Shown here: positions 1 through 8,230 of the stretch, piece after piece
Layout: the number at the start of each line of letters is the position of its first letter
Position numbering within the stretch: the first letter of the stretch is position 1
DNA from: a virus
Lineage: Duplodnaviria > Caudoviricetes
Length of the DNA: 35,324 nt
Virus record (IMG/VR): IMGVR_UViG_3300036855_000043
Location: 1-35,324 of that record
Strand: one strand, 5' to 3'
Made by a program: the position numbers and the translations under genes
Notes under the pieces: generated by a model
Seen by the model: the letters and a program-made list of their open reading frames with translations, nothing else
Told to the model about the DNA's origin: nothing
Database searches by the model: none

Positions 1-126
1 CGCCGCCTATAAGGCCGCGAAGCCTCAATTCGAGAAGCTGTATGCCGAGGTTGCGCACGAAGTGCGCGACGAGGTCTTACAGCTGCTCGACCGCCTGATC
101 GAGGTCGGCAAGCCGGACGCACCAGC
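1..126 (+). repeat. 126-bp exact direct repeat, copy 1
   Basis: Identical to 34461-34586 (cgccgcctataagg...ggacgcaccagc); sequences diverge at the next base. Confidence 0.97.
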
Positions 127-142
127 TGAGGCAGCGGCATGA
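1..142 (+). CDS. Partial CDS: C-terminus of the Ala-repeat protein family gene (variant of 33640..34602)
   Basis: Reads AAYKAAKPQFEKLYAEVAHEVRDEVLQLLDRLIEVGKPDAPAEAAA*; stop overlaps ATG at 139 (ATGA). Confidence 0.85.
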   Translation, partial: AAYKAAKPQFEKLYAEVAHEVRDEVLQLLDRLIEVGKPDAPAEAAA

Positions 143-573
143 CCACGATCGTCAAGCACCGCACAACGACGGTCGCCAGGATCCGCGAGCAGCTCGCGAA
201 GGAGATGGCGCGCGAGCGGACGACGTCGATCGCATGCGTCGCCTGCAACGGCGAGGGCTACATCGTCCGTAAGGCGCCCGTGAGTCAGGCCGAGGTCGCC
301 AAGGCAACGGGCATGCACCAGTCGACGCTCAGCGCGTTTATCAAGGGCCATTCGAACCTGTCCCTCGAGAAGGGCCTGGCCATCATCGCCTGGCTCGACG
401 AGCAGCAGGAGCGTCCGAATCCTGATGCTCCTTACGACGCGGATGAACCGCGATCGCCGGTCGTGCGCGAGCAGTCGCGCACTCGCCTGGCCGCGATGTC
501 GCAGTTCGCCTCGGAGGCGGCCGCGAAGGCCGGCATCGACGCGATCCACCGACCACCGGTGCTGCGGTCATGA
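139..573 (+). CDS. XRE/Cro-C1-type HTH protein with a CxxC motif
   Basis: VSQAEVAKATGMHQSTLSAFIKGHSNLSLEKGLAI is a typical XRE HTH; CVAC upstream; ATGA overlaps at both ends. Confidence 0.8.
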   Translation: MTTIVKHRTTTVARIREQLAKEMARERTTSIACVACNGEGYIVRKAPVSQAEVAKATGMHQSTLSAFIKGHSNLSLEKGLAIIAWLDEQQERPNPDAPYDADEPRSPVVREQSRTRLAAMSQFASEAAAKAGIDAIHRPPVLRS

Positions 574-788
574 GCCTGACCCAGCACTTCTTCGACAAAG
601 CTGATCGCATCCGGTCCGCCGTACCAGCCGTTCTCCATCGAACTCGCGACACGCGTGAAACAGGCAATAAACACCGGACTCTGTGGCTCGCCTGGCCACT
701 TATCCACACCGTCAACAGAGTGAGTGGCGCAGCGGCCCCCGACAATGAGCAGCGACCAAGCAACTCAATAGTCGGAGGCCTGTCCTGA
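570..788 (+). CDS. Hypothetical protein
   Basis: ATGA overlap upstream and TGATG overlap downstream; atypical codon usage. Confidence 0.45.
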   Translation: MSLTQHFFDKADRIRSAVPAVLHRTRDTRETGNKHRTLWLAWPLIHTVNRVSGAAAPDNEQRPSNSIVGGLS

Positions 789-1054
789 TGGTAGCGACGC
801 CGTCTACGCGCGAGCATCACGCGCCACTCACCGAAGCCGAGCTCATCCGCGCCCACAGCGCCGGCGCAGCACACGAGCACATTCCACAGCCGCACGAGCT
901 GCGCAACGCCTGGGAGAGCGCGAAGCAGCTCGAGGAACGGCTCGAGCTGGCCAACCAGCCGGTCCTGCGCCGGATCGCGCGCTACCTGCGCGAGCAGACC
1001 TTCCTCGCACTCATGGAGCTCGAGGGCTTCGTCGAGGTCGCGAGCGATGGGTAA
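788..1054 (+). CDS. Hypothetical protein
   Basis: GGAGG upstream, GC3-rich codons, helical C-terminus. Confidence 0.75.
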   Translation: MVATPSTREHHAPLTEAELIRAHSAGAAHEHIPQPHELRNAWESAKQLEERLELANQPVLRRIARYLREQTFLALMELEGFVEVASDG

Positions 1055-1493
1055 GCGCTATGCAGAGGGAACAGCGGTTTCCGTCGAGTCGAGCCGCGGC
1101 GAGATCACCGGTGTGCTCACGAAGCACGGCTGCATGCGCATGGCGTGGGCGACCGAGCCCGAGGGCGACACGCTGCAGTTCGAACTCGGTGGCCAGCAGT
1201 ACCGCTTCAAGATCGTTCGTCCCACGGTTGACGCCGTCAAGGCGATGTACCGCGAGGACGGCCGCGACTGGAGCCGCGTGTACGACGCACAGTCCAAGGT
1301 CGATGCCGAATGGCGTCGGCGGTGGCGCGCCCACGTGCTCCTGCTCAAGGCAAAGCTCGAGTTCGTCGAGGGCGGCGACACGACGCTCGAGCAGGAGTTC
1401 ATGCCTGCGCTCGTCACCAAGAACGGCGCCACGCTCGGTGAGCTCATGGCCACAGCGAAGGGTCAGCAGCTGCTGCTCGGCACTGGCGCATGA
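1047..1493 (+). CDS. Conserved phage hypothetical protein
   Basis: RYAEGTAVSVESSRGEI...WRRRWRAHVLLLKAKLEFV...EQEFM pattern resembles a recurrent uncharacterised phage early protein; GAGG upstream. Confidence 0.8.
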   Translation: MGKRYAEGTAVSVESSRGEITGVLTKHGCMRMAWATEPEGDTLQFELGGQQYRFKIVRPTVDAVKAMYREDGRDWSRVYDAQSKVDAEWRRRWRAHVLLLKAKLEFVEGGDTTLEQEFMPALVTKNGATLGELMATAKGQQLLLGTGA

Positions 1494-1510
1494 GCGCTAG
1501 GCAGAGTCGG

Positions 1511-1927
1511 CTACTCGGGAACGCCGAGGTCCCGCCTCATCGCAACGATGAGCGGCACGGACTCGGCGAGCAGTCGATCCCGGGCCTCCGGAGTCATCTT
1601 GTCGTCGTCGGGAATCTCGTCCGCCCACTTACTGAGCGCGTTCAGCACAGCGTCGGGAGCGAAGAGCTTCATCTGGACCGCGACAGCCTTGATCTCAGCC
1701 TTGGTGACGCCGGTGAGCTCTCCGGGCGGGTCGGATTCGAGCAGATCGTTGAGCGTAAGAACTCGGATGTAGAGGTCGCGCTTGCCATCGGTGAACCGGT
1801 GGCGGCCCTCATAGCGCCGGCGCGATCTCTCCACGATCAATCCGGTTGCAAAACCGAGCAGGACGGCCAGCAACGTGCCCAGCACCTGTATCGCCGCCTC
1901 GAGCACCGCACGCGTGTTGTCGTCCAT
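1511..1927 (-). CDS. Membrane-anchored accessory (moron-like) protein
   Basis: MDDNTRAVLEAAIQVLGTLLAVLLGFATGLIVERSRRR: N-terminal TM helix followed by basic residues and a helical domain; opposite strand to the operon. Confidence 0.75.
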   Translation of the reverse strand: MDDNTRAVLEAAIQVLGTLLAVLLGFATGLIVERSRRRYEGRHRFTDGKRDLYIRVLTLNDLLESDPPGELTGVTKAEIKAVAVQMKLFAPDAVLNALSKWADEIPDDDKMTPEARDRLLAESVPLIVAMRRDLGVPE

Positions 1928-2039
1928 GGACGGCTGAGTCTCGCACCGCTTCGCAAGTGGGAGGTGATGCCGGATCCAGCCTGAGCGCGCTCCTGGGCAC
2001 CGTCCCGAACCAACCAACGACTTCACGAACGAGGTATCC

Positions 2040-2603
2040 ATGGGCTCACCGTTCATCACCATCACCAAGGGCGGACCGACACAGGACATCGACGACGGCG
2101 TCTACCCGGTCGTTCTGATCGACATCAAGGGACCCAAGACAGTCACCGCGCAGCGCGGGCCGAACGCCGGCCAGGAAGTCGAGCTGCTCGACTGGGAGTT
2201 CGCCGTCGACGAGGGCGAAATGGAAGGCTTCGAGATCTCGGTCTCGAGCTCCACGGCGTCAGGCCCGCGCAGCAAGACCTACGCCTTCCTGACGGCGCTC
2301 TTCGGCGGCAAGACGCCGCCGGTCGGCACGCAGCTGCAGAAGGACCAGATCGTCGGCCGGCGTGCCCTGGCCACGATCCAGCACAACGACGGCGGCTGGC
2401 CGGTCATCGCCAACCTGGGCGCCATGCCGGTCACGGCGCCGATGGGGCTGCAGGCGCCGGCAACGCCGACCGACAACACGGCCATGGTGCCCGTCCAGCG
2501 CGCGCCGCGCCCCCAGCCGCCGCTCAACGAGACGGTCGAGCGACCTGCCGCGGCCGCGGTGGCAGTGGCGGCACGAGCGGCCAACGACGACCTGCCTTTC
2601 TAG
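2040..2603 (+). CDS. Putative single-stranded DNA-binding protein (phage SSB-like)
   Basis: Beta-rich N-terminal domain, Pro/Ala linker, acidic-aromatic tail DDLPF like the SSB C-terminal peptide; GAGGT RBS. Confidence 0.7.
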   Translation: MGSPFITITKGGPTQDIDDGVYPVVLIDIKGPKTVTAQRGPNAGQEVELLDWEFAVDEGEMEGFEISVSSSTASGPRSKTYAFLTALFGGKTPPVGTQLQKDQIVGRRALATIQHNDGGWPVIANLGAMPVTAPMGLQAPATPTDNTAMVPVQRAPRPQPPLNETVERPAAAAVAVAARAANDDLPF

Positions 2604-2614
2604 GCATCATCCAC

Positions 2615-2652
2615 GGGCGGGCGGCAGATCCGGGCAGTTCTGCCGTCCGCCC
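2615..2652 (+). promoter_or_regulatory. 14-bp intergenic stem-loop
   Basis: GGGCGGGCGGCAGA (2615-2628) pairs with TCTGCCGTCCGCCC (2639-2652) with one G-U; weak U tract. Confidence 0.55.
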
Positions 2653-2672
2653 CTCATTTCTGAGGGACCTCA

Positions 2673-3244
2673 ATGACCTCTGACGGCTGGCTCCGCGGCG
2701 ACTGGATGCAGACCTACACCGGCCGGCGCTACTACCCGCTGGATCCTCGTGCCGCCGAGATCGAGGCTGCGGACATCGCCCACGCGCTGTCGCTGCTGTG
2801 CCGCTACGGCGGCCACGTCGACCGCTTCTATTCGGTCGCCGAGCACTGCGTGCTCATGTCCGAGGCGGTCGCACCTGAGAACGCACTGGCGGCCTTGCTG
2901 CACGACGCGACCGAGGCCTACGTATGCGACGTGCCGCGGCCGCTCAAGCGCCAGCTGCGCAACTACGCGGACCTCGAGGCGGCGGTCTGGCTGGCCATAT
3001 GCGATCGCTACCAGCTTTTCCCTGTGCTGCCTGACGAGGTCAAGGCAGCCGACAACCGGATCCTGATTATAACGAGCGCGACACGCTGATGGCGCGCGCC
3101 GAGAAGGCCGAATGGCACGAGGTGGCGCACCTCGAGCCGCTGCCGGTGGTCGTGTCTGGCTGGTCGCCGGAAGAAGCCGAGCTCAAGTACTTGGCGCGCC
3201 TCGCGACTCTGCTCGAGCAGCATCTGCAGACATGGCCGGCGTGA
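2673..3244 (+). pseudogene. HD-domain phosphohydrolase (YfbR/YfdR-like), frameshifted near 3069-3071
   Basis: DIAHALS..CRYGGH..FYSVAEH..ALLHDATEAY..DVPRPLK motifs; frame stops at 3089, but the -1 frame continues NERDTLM...WSPEEAELKYLARL and ends at 3244 overlapping the primase GTG. Confidence 0.85.
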
Positions 3245-5316
3245 CCGTGGCCAAGCCCGCGGCCGACGAGGCCGTCGTCCGCCGTGTCGAGCTGGCCACG
3301 CGGATGATCGGCCTCGGCGCGCGCGTCTTCCCGCTGCAGCCGGGCGGCAAGAAGCCACTCATCGCAGGCTCCCAGGGCGGCCGCGGCTTCCTCGACGCGA
3401 GCGACGACGTCGCCATGGCGCAGGTCTTCCTGTCGAACCCGGGCAAGCCCAACTACGGCGTCGCCTTCCCACCGGAGAGCGACGTCATCGTGCTCGACCT
3501 CGACGGCGGCGGCGATGGCGGCAACCCCGACTGGAAGGCCGACTGGCAGCGCCTGTACGAGCAGCTCGGGCCGCCAGGGCTGACCTACATCGTGCGCAGC
3601 GCGTCCGGCGGCCGCCACGTCTACTACCGCTGGCGGACCGACCTGTACGGGCCGATTCCGCCCGGTGACGAGATGCTCGGTTGGACCGTGCGCAAGCCGT
3701 GGAAGGGCTACCTGGTCGGCCCGGGCTCGATAGTCGACGGCCAGGTCTACGAGCCGGTCGGCATCGACACCATCAGCGACCTGCCCGAGGCCTGGGCGCG
3801 AGCGGCGCTCGACGAGGCGGCCGCGCGTCGCACGCCAGCCGGATCCGGCGATCGCCTGACGATCCGTGTCGGCGGTGGGCCGGCCGACGTCGCCAAGGGC
3901 CACCGACATGCGTTCCTGCGCGACAAGGCGCGCCACCTGGTCGGCGTCGGGCTGACCGGCGAGACACTGTTCGCGGCGGTGATGGACATCAATCGCCAGC
4001 TTGCCGAGCCCAAGACCGAGGACGAGGTCAGGCGCGCGATCGGCGACGCGGAGGCCAAGTTCGAGGCTGATCCGGTCGATGAAACAGGCCGCAAAAAGGT
4101 GTTTGCACATAGGGACGTAGGCATTGTGCAAACACCTCCAGACCTGACCTACTACACGGCCGCCGAGGTGAGCAGCCTGCCCGGCGCGGACGTCGAGTGG
4201 GCGCTCTACGGCTACCTGGCGTTCGGTGGCATCACCGAGCTCGTCGGTGGCCCGAAGATCGGCAAGACGACGCTCGTCTTCGGACTCATCAACGCGCTCG
4301 TGAGCGGCGATCAGTACCTCGGCCTGCGCACCTCGAGCGGACCCGTTGTCGTGCTCACCGAGCAGGGGCCTACGTCGCTCAAGGCCGTGCTCAAGCGCAC
4401 GGGCATCGACCAGCGCGACGACGTCCACTTCCTGCTGCATCGCGACATCCGCGGCGAAGAGTGGCCAGGCGTCGTCAGCTCGGCGTTTGCACAATGCGGA
4501 CGGGTCAATGCGCAAGTACTGATCGTCGACACCTTACCGGCGTTCGCTGGCCTCGCCGGCGATGCCGAGAACGACGCCGGCGCAGCGCTGGAGGCGATGG
4601 CGCCGCTGCTCGAGGTGGCCAGCCACGGCTTGGCCATCCTGGTGAACCGGCACCGAGGCAAAGGCCCGCAGCGCGACATCGCCGACGAGGGACGCGGCTC
4701 GAGCGCGTTCTCGGGCGCGGTCGACGTGATCCTGACGCTGCGCCGCAAGACGGGCATGGCGCGGCCATCGATCCGCGAGCTCGCAGCTGCGAGCCGCTTC
4801 GACGAGACGCCCGAGGAGCTCGTGATCGAGCTCGGCGAGGACGGCTACGTCGCGCTCGGCACTGAGCAGGCGATCGCCGCCCAGGAGGCCGAGTTCGCGA
4901 TCATCGAGGCACTGACCAACGAGCCCGACCTGACCATGCGCGGCCTGGTCGAGGCGACGGGCAAGGTGCGGCGCACCATCGAGCGCGCCATCGGCGACCT
5001 GGTCGAGGCACGCCACGTCAAGCGCACCGGCGAGGGCAAGCCGAAGGCGCCCTACCGCTACCGCCTGGCAGCCTCGAAAGAGGTGTTTGCACAAAACCCA
5101 TCCCGTAGGGATGACACATCAGATGTGCAAAGCACCGACATCGACGGGATCGAGTCTGCGGCGCCGCCTGACGCGGACGCCAGCAGCAGACCTGATCCCG
5201 TGCCAAACGCGACATGGCTGCAGCCGTGCCGGGATTACCGGGCTCACCAAGCGCACCACCGCAAGACAGCGCAGGGCTGGATCTGTGACATCTGCAGCAG
5301 CGAGGGAGCGGCATGA
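3241..5316 (+). CDS. Bifunctional primase-polymerase fused to an AAA/RecA-like helicase, with C-terminal HTH and Cys/His finger
   Basis: VFPLQPGGKKP, VIVLDLD, RSASGGRHVYYR (Prim-Pol); GGPKIGKTT Walker A, VLIVDT Walker B, RGSSAFSGAVD; start set by GTGA overlap (ATG 3232 possible). Confidence 0.9.
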   Translation: MTVAKPAADEAVVRRVELATRMIGLGARVFPLQPGGKKPLIAGSQGGRGFLDASDDVAMAQVFLSNPGKPNYGVAFPPESDVIVLDLDGGGDGGNPDWKADWQRLYEQLGPPGLTYIVRSASGGRHVYYRWRTDLYGPIPPGDEMLGWTVRKPWKGYLVGPGSIVDGQVYEPVGIDTISDLPEAWARAALDEAAARRTPAGSGDRLTIRVGGGPADVAKGHRHAFLRDKARHLVGVGLTGETLFAAVMDINRQLAEPKTEDEVRRAIGDAEAKFEADPVDETGRKKVFAHRDVGIVQTPPDLTYYTAAEVSSLPGADVEWALYGYLAFGGITELVGGPKIGKTTLVFGLINALVSGDQYLGLRTSSGPVVVLTEQGPTSLKAVLKRTGIDQRDDVHFLLHRDIRGEEWPGVVSSAFAQCGRVNAQVLIVDTLPAFAGLAGDAENDAGAALEAMAPLLEVASHGLAILVNRHRGKGPQRDIADEGRGSSAFSGAVDVILTLRRKTGMARPSIRELAAASRFDETPEELVIELGEDGYVALGTEQAIAAQEAEFAIIEALTNEPDLTMRGLVEATGKVRRTIERAIGDLVEARHVKRTGEGKPKAPYRYRLAASKEVFAQNPSRRDDTSDVQSTDIDGIESAAPPDADASSRPDPVPNATWLQPCRDYRAHQAHHRKTAQGWICDICSSEGAA
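4097..4137. repeat. 13-bp perfect inverted repeat inside the primase gene (candidate origin element)
   Basis: AGGTGTTTGCACA-N15-TGTGCAAACACCT; related copies at 4482-4520 and 5081-5136. Confidence 0.8.
5081..5136. repeat. Second copy of the AGGTGTTTGCACA inverted-repeat element with nested palindromes
   Basis: AGGTGTTTGCACA-N30-TGTGCAAAGCACC containing CATCCC-gta-GGGATG and CACATC-a-GATGTG. Confidence 0.75.
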
Positions 5317-6107
5317 CCACGACCGTGCCCGGGGTCGGCGCTGTCCGAACGCCCAGGCATCTCTACTACCACAACGGTCGCGGCCCATGGCCGGGCGTGA
5401 CGACCATCACCGACGTGCTCGACAAGCCGGCGCTGGTCAAGTGGAAGCGCGAGCAAGTGGCACTGGCAGCGCTGGCCCATGTCGATCGACTGGCCGAGGA
5501 CAAAGCAGCGGGCAACGAGGATGCAGCCGTGGCGTTCCTGATGAACGCCCGAGACGAAGGCCGCAACAGTCGCGAGCGCGGTTCACGGATCCATGAGGCG
5601 ATCGAGGGCGTGCTGCTGCGTCAGTCGCCGCAGATCGATCCGCGCGATGTTGCTGCGGTCGAAGGCGCTCGAGCATGGCTCAACGCCAAGCGACCAAAGC
5701 CGCTCGAGGTCGAGAGCTTCCTCATCAACGCGACGCTCGGCTACGGCGGCACGTGCGACCTGATCGCCGAGCTCGACGGCGAGATCTGGCTGCTCGACTG
5801 GAAGTCGTCGAAGTCTGTCGCCTGGCCGAGTGGTCAGGTCTACAACGAGTACCGGCTGCAGCTGTCGGCTTACGCCCATGCCGAGTTCGTCGGCGTAATC
5901 GGCGACGCCCAGGAATATGAGGTGCCGGCCATCCAGCGCCTTGGCATCGTCCACGTCACCGATGGCGGGACGCGGTTGTATCCGGCCGACGTCACCGCCG
6001 ACGGATCGCGAATGTCGGCCGAGCAGCTGAACGACGACTGGATCGCCTTCCGAGCCTGCCTGCGGCTGCACCAGTGGCAGTCGCCACGGTCGAGGAGCGC
6101 AGCGTGA
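5313..6107 (+). CDS. PD-(D/E)XK exonuclease (Cas4/RecB-like phage nuclease)
   Basis: WPGVTTI..VLDKPAL, RGSRIH, YGGTCDLIAELDGEIWLLDWKSS, LQLSAY motifs. Confidence 0.88.
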   Translation: MTTTVPGVGAVRTPRHLYYHNGRGPWPGVTTITDVLDKPALVKWKREQVALAALAHVDRLAEDKAAGNEDAAVAFLMNARDEGRNSRERGSRIHEAIEGVLLRQSPQIDPRDVAAVEGARAWLNAKRPKPLEVESFLINATLGYGGTCDLIAELDGEIWLLDWKSSKSVAWPSGQVYNEYRLQLSAYAHAEFVGVIGDAQEYEVPAIQRLGIVHVTDGGTRLYPADVTADGSRMSAEQLNDDWIAFRACLRLHQWQSPRSRSAA

Positions 6108-6430
6108 ACGCGGCCGTCGCGACCCAGGGGGTGGCTAAAAGTTCGGCGAATCGCGCCATCGCGCACGACCTGGCAAGTTCGAAAAATGGGCGACGGGTTT
6201 CCGCCACGGCGAAGTTTCCGACCGTCGAGCCAGTCGCGCCGGTCAGTCGGCAGGCTCCCCTGCCCGAGCCGACCAGGTGTGGCTGCGGCGCGCTGATCTA
6301 TGACCCGGCCGACCTGGCGGATCCCGTTCCTGCGATCGAGGTCGTCCAGCCGGCGGGCCATCTGTCGCTTTCCGAGCAGCTGCTCATCGCCTTCGGTGAC
6401 CTGATCCGTCGACGGATGCCCCGGTCATGA
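6104..6430 (+). CDS. Hypothetical protein
   Basis: GTGA and ATGA overlaps at both ends; GAGGAG upstream; CGCG motif. Confidence 0.6.
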   Translation: MNAAVATQGVAKSSANRAIAHDLASSKNGRRVSATAKFPTVEPVAPVSRQAPLPEPTRCGCGALIYDPADLADPVPAIEVVQPAGHLSLSEQLLIAFGDLIRRRMPRS

Positions 6431-6927
6431 ACGGTCGGTGCAAGTCGCTCGTCGAGGTGCCTGGACTCGGCGAAATCCAGTGCGACCGAGGCCTCGGTCA
6501 CCCCGACGAGCACGTGGCACGGCGGCAGGGCATCGCCTACGGCTGGCCTCAGCACCCCGCTCAGGGTCTCGCCGAGGGTCTCGCCGAGTCCATCGCCCGG
6601 ATGTTCCAGGTACCGGCGGATGTTGCGTTTGCCAGGACCTTCCAATCGGATAGCACCACCGATCCGGCACCGCGTCTGCCATCGCTCGAGGACGCGGTGG
6701 AAGCACAGCTCGAGGCGATCCACGACGAACTGCCCGACGACTGGCACGGCCACCTCGAGGTAGAGCCCGTTCCACCCGAGCTGACCGACACCTACGGCGT
6801 CGCGTTCGGCTCCGCGGTCAAGAACTGCGATCACTCGCGCAGCTCGCACGGCACGCTCCATTCGCGCGGCGAGCGCCAGTGCGATGACTGCGGCCGCTAC
6901 TTCATCCGGCGGAGCTGGTTCGAATGA
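6427..6927 (+). CDS. Hypothetical protein with Cys/His motifs
   Basis: QCDRGLGHPDEH and C-terminal CDDCGR; ATGA overlaps. Confidence 0.65.
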   Translation: MNGRCKSLVEVPGLGEIQCDRGLGHPDEHVARRQGIAYGWPQHPAQGLAEGLAESIARMFQVPADVAFARTFQSDSTTDPAPRLPSLEDAVEAQLEAIHDELPDDWHGHLEVEPVPPELTDTYGVAFGSAVKNCDHSRSSHGTLHSRGERQCDDCGRYFIRRSWFE

Positions 6928-7109
6928 CCAGCCGCGACTGCCTCAACGCCGACGGCTCGCCGAAGCGCAAGTACCGCTCGGCGTCGGCAGCTGACAAGAT
7001 CGCCCGCCGCCAGAACCACGACCGCCCGTTCGAGGCGCCGGTTCACGCCTACCTGTGCCCGGGCACCGAGCACTGGCACATCGGCCATCCGCGGGAGGGG
7101 CTCGCATGA
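6924..7109 (+). CDS. Small putative zinc-binding phage protein
   Basis: KRKYRS..AA..IA..HAYLCPGTEHWHIGH pattern; ATGA overlaps. Confidence 0.7.
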   Translation: MTSRDCLNADGSPKRKYRSASAADKIARRQNHDRPFEAPVHAYLCPGTEHWHIGHPREGLA

Positions 7110-7585
7110 CCGTCGTCCTGGCCATCGATCCCGGCTCGCAGCTGTCCGGCTGGGTCGGTTATGAGGTTGGCGACAGCCGGCCGATCATGGCGCATGGCAA
7201 GCACCTCAATGAGCTCGTCCTCGCCGTCGTCAAGGAGACCCGCTTCGACGTCCTCGCCGTCGAGTGGATGGAGAGCTCGTTCGGCTCGCACATCGGCAAG
7301 GAAGTGACCGAGACGCTGTGGTGGGTCGGCCGCTTCTGCCAGGCGGCCGAGGAGCGCGGGATCCCGTTCGCCCGGGTGGGCCGCAACAAGCTGCGCCACC
7401 ACCTCACCGGCAAGGCGACCGCCAACGACACGATGATCCGCGGCGCCCTTGTTGACCGATTCGGTGGGATTGGCGGACGTTCGGCAGCGGTCGGGACGAT
7501 GAAGGCGCCCGGCCCGCTCCACGGCATCGCCGCCGACGAGTGGCAGGCACTCGCCGTGGCCGTCACCTGGGCGGACCAGCGATGA
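7106..7585 (+). CDS. RuvC-like Holliday junction resolvase
   Basis: MTVVLAIDPGSQLSGW, LAVE, TGKATAND, ADEWQALAVA match RuvC catalytic motifs; GGAGG RBS. Confidence 0.82.
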   Translation: MTVVLAIDPGSQLSGWVGYEVGDSRPIMAHGKHLNELVLAVVKETRFDVLAVEWMESSFGSHIGKEVTETLWWVGRFCQAAEERGIPFARVGRNKLRHHLTGKATANDTMIRGALVDRFGGIGGRSAAVGTMKAPGPLHGIAADEWQALAVAVTWADQR

Positions 7586-7869
7586 GCAAGCCCCGGCACT
7601 GCAAGGCCTGGCTTTGCCGGCCGCTGAACGTGGCGCCCGAGGTCAAGCCCGGTGAGTTCGCGTGGATGGTGGCCGAGATCAAGGTCCACCACGAGTCGTG
7701 CCCGTTCTGGTCGCCGCCTCAGCCAGAGCCCGGTGAGCGGCTTGAGTTCGGTGTCCACCGCCAGCTCGTCGCCGACGCGGAGACCGCCCCGGCGTGGACG
7801 CCGTTGGCCGATCTGCGGAAGGCCAAGGAGAAGAGCTACAAGCACTTCGTTCGGGGCGACGACCAATGA
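7582..7869 (+). CDS. Hypothetical protein
   Basis: ATGA overlaps at both ends; GC3-rich codons. Confidence 0.65.
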   Translation: MSKPRHCKAWLCRPLNVAPEVKPGEFAWMVAEIKVHHESCPFWSPPQPEPGERLEFGVHRQLVADAETAPAWTPLADLRKAKEKSYKHFVRGDDQ

Positions 7870-8042
7870 CCCGCCCGCCCCGCTACTACTTCCGACCGCG
7901 CCTCGTCGCGCTCGCTCTGTGCTGGCTGCTCGGCCATCGCTGGGTCGGGACCTGGCCCGACTTCGAGACGATCTCGATCTACCCACGGCCGCGGCGCTTT
8001 CACTGCCGGCGCTGCGGCGAATGGACGTTCTGGCACCGATGA
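7866..8042 (+). CDS. Small Cys/His protein
   Basis: LCWLLGHRW...CRRCGE pattern typical of small prophage proteins; ATGA overlaps. Confidence 0.7.
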   Translation: MTRPPRYYFRPRLVALALCWLLGHRWVGTWPDFETISIYPRPRRFHCRRCGEWTFWHR

Positions 8043-8221
8043 TCGAGCTCGTGACGGTCGACGAGGCAGCTGCGCGGCTGCGCATCTCGCGCCGATCGGT
8101 TTACCGGCTGATCGGCGAGGGCAAGCTGCGCCCGGTCCACCCGACGCCAGGACGCACGCTGCTGACGAGCCGCGAGGTCGACGCCTACATCGCGTCGCTC
8201 GACCGCCGGCGTGTCGCATAG
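8039..8221 (+). CDS. xis: Excisionase (MerR-like HTH)
   Basis: MIELVTVDEAAARLRISRRSVYRLIGEGKL..., directly upstream of the integrase. Confidence 0.85.
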   Translation: MIELVTVDEAAARLRISRRSVYRLIGEGKLRPVHPTPGRTLLTSREVDAYIASLDRRRVA

Positions 8222-8230
8222 GATGGCGTC

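Noticed and set aside
1-126. Physical direct terminal repeat of the virion DNA
   Set aside because: The repeat is mid-gene in the early region, far from the terminase genes, and sequence continues past the second copy; circular overlap or an assembly fork is more likely.
3112-3240. N-terminal extension of the primase as given in the ORF track
   Set aside because: This interval is better explained as the C-terminus of the frameshifted HD hydrolase in another frame.
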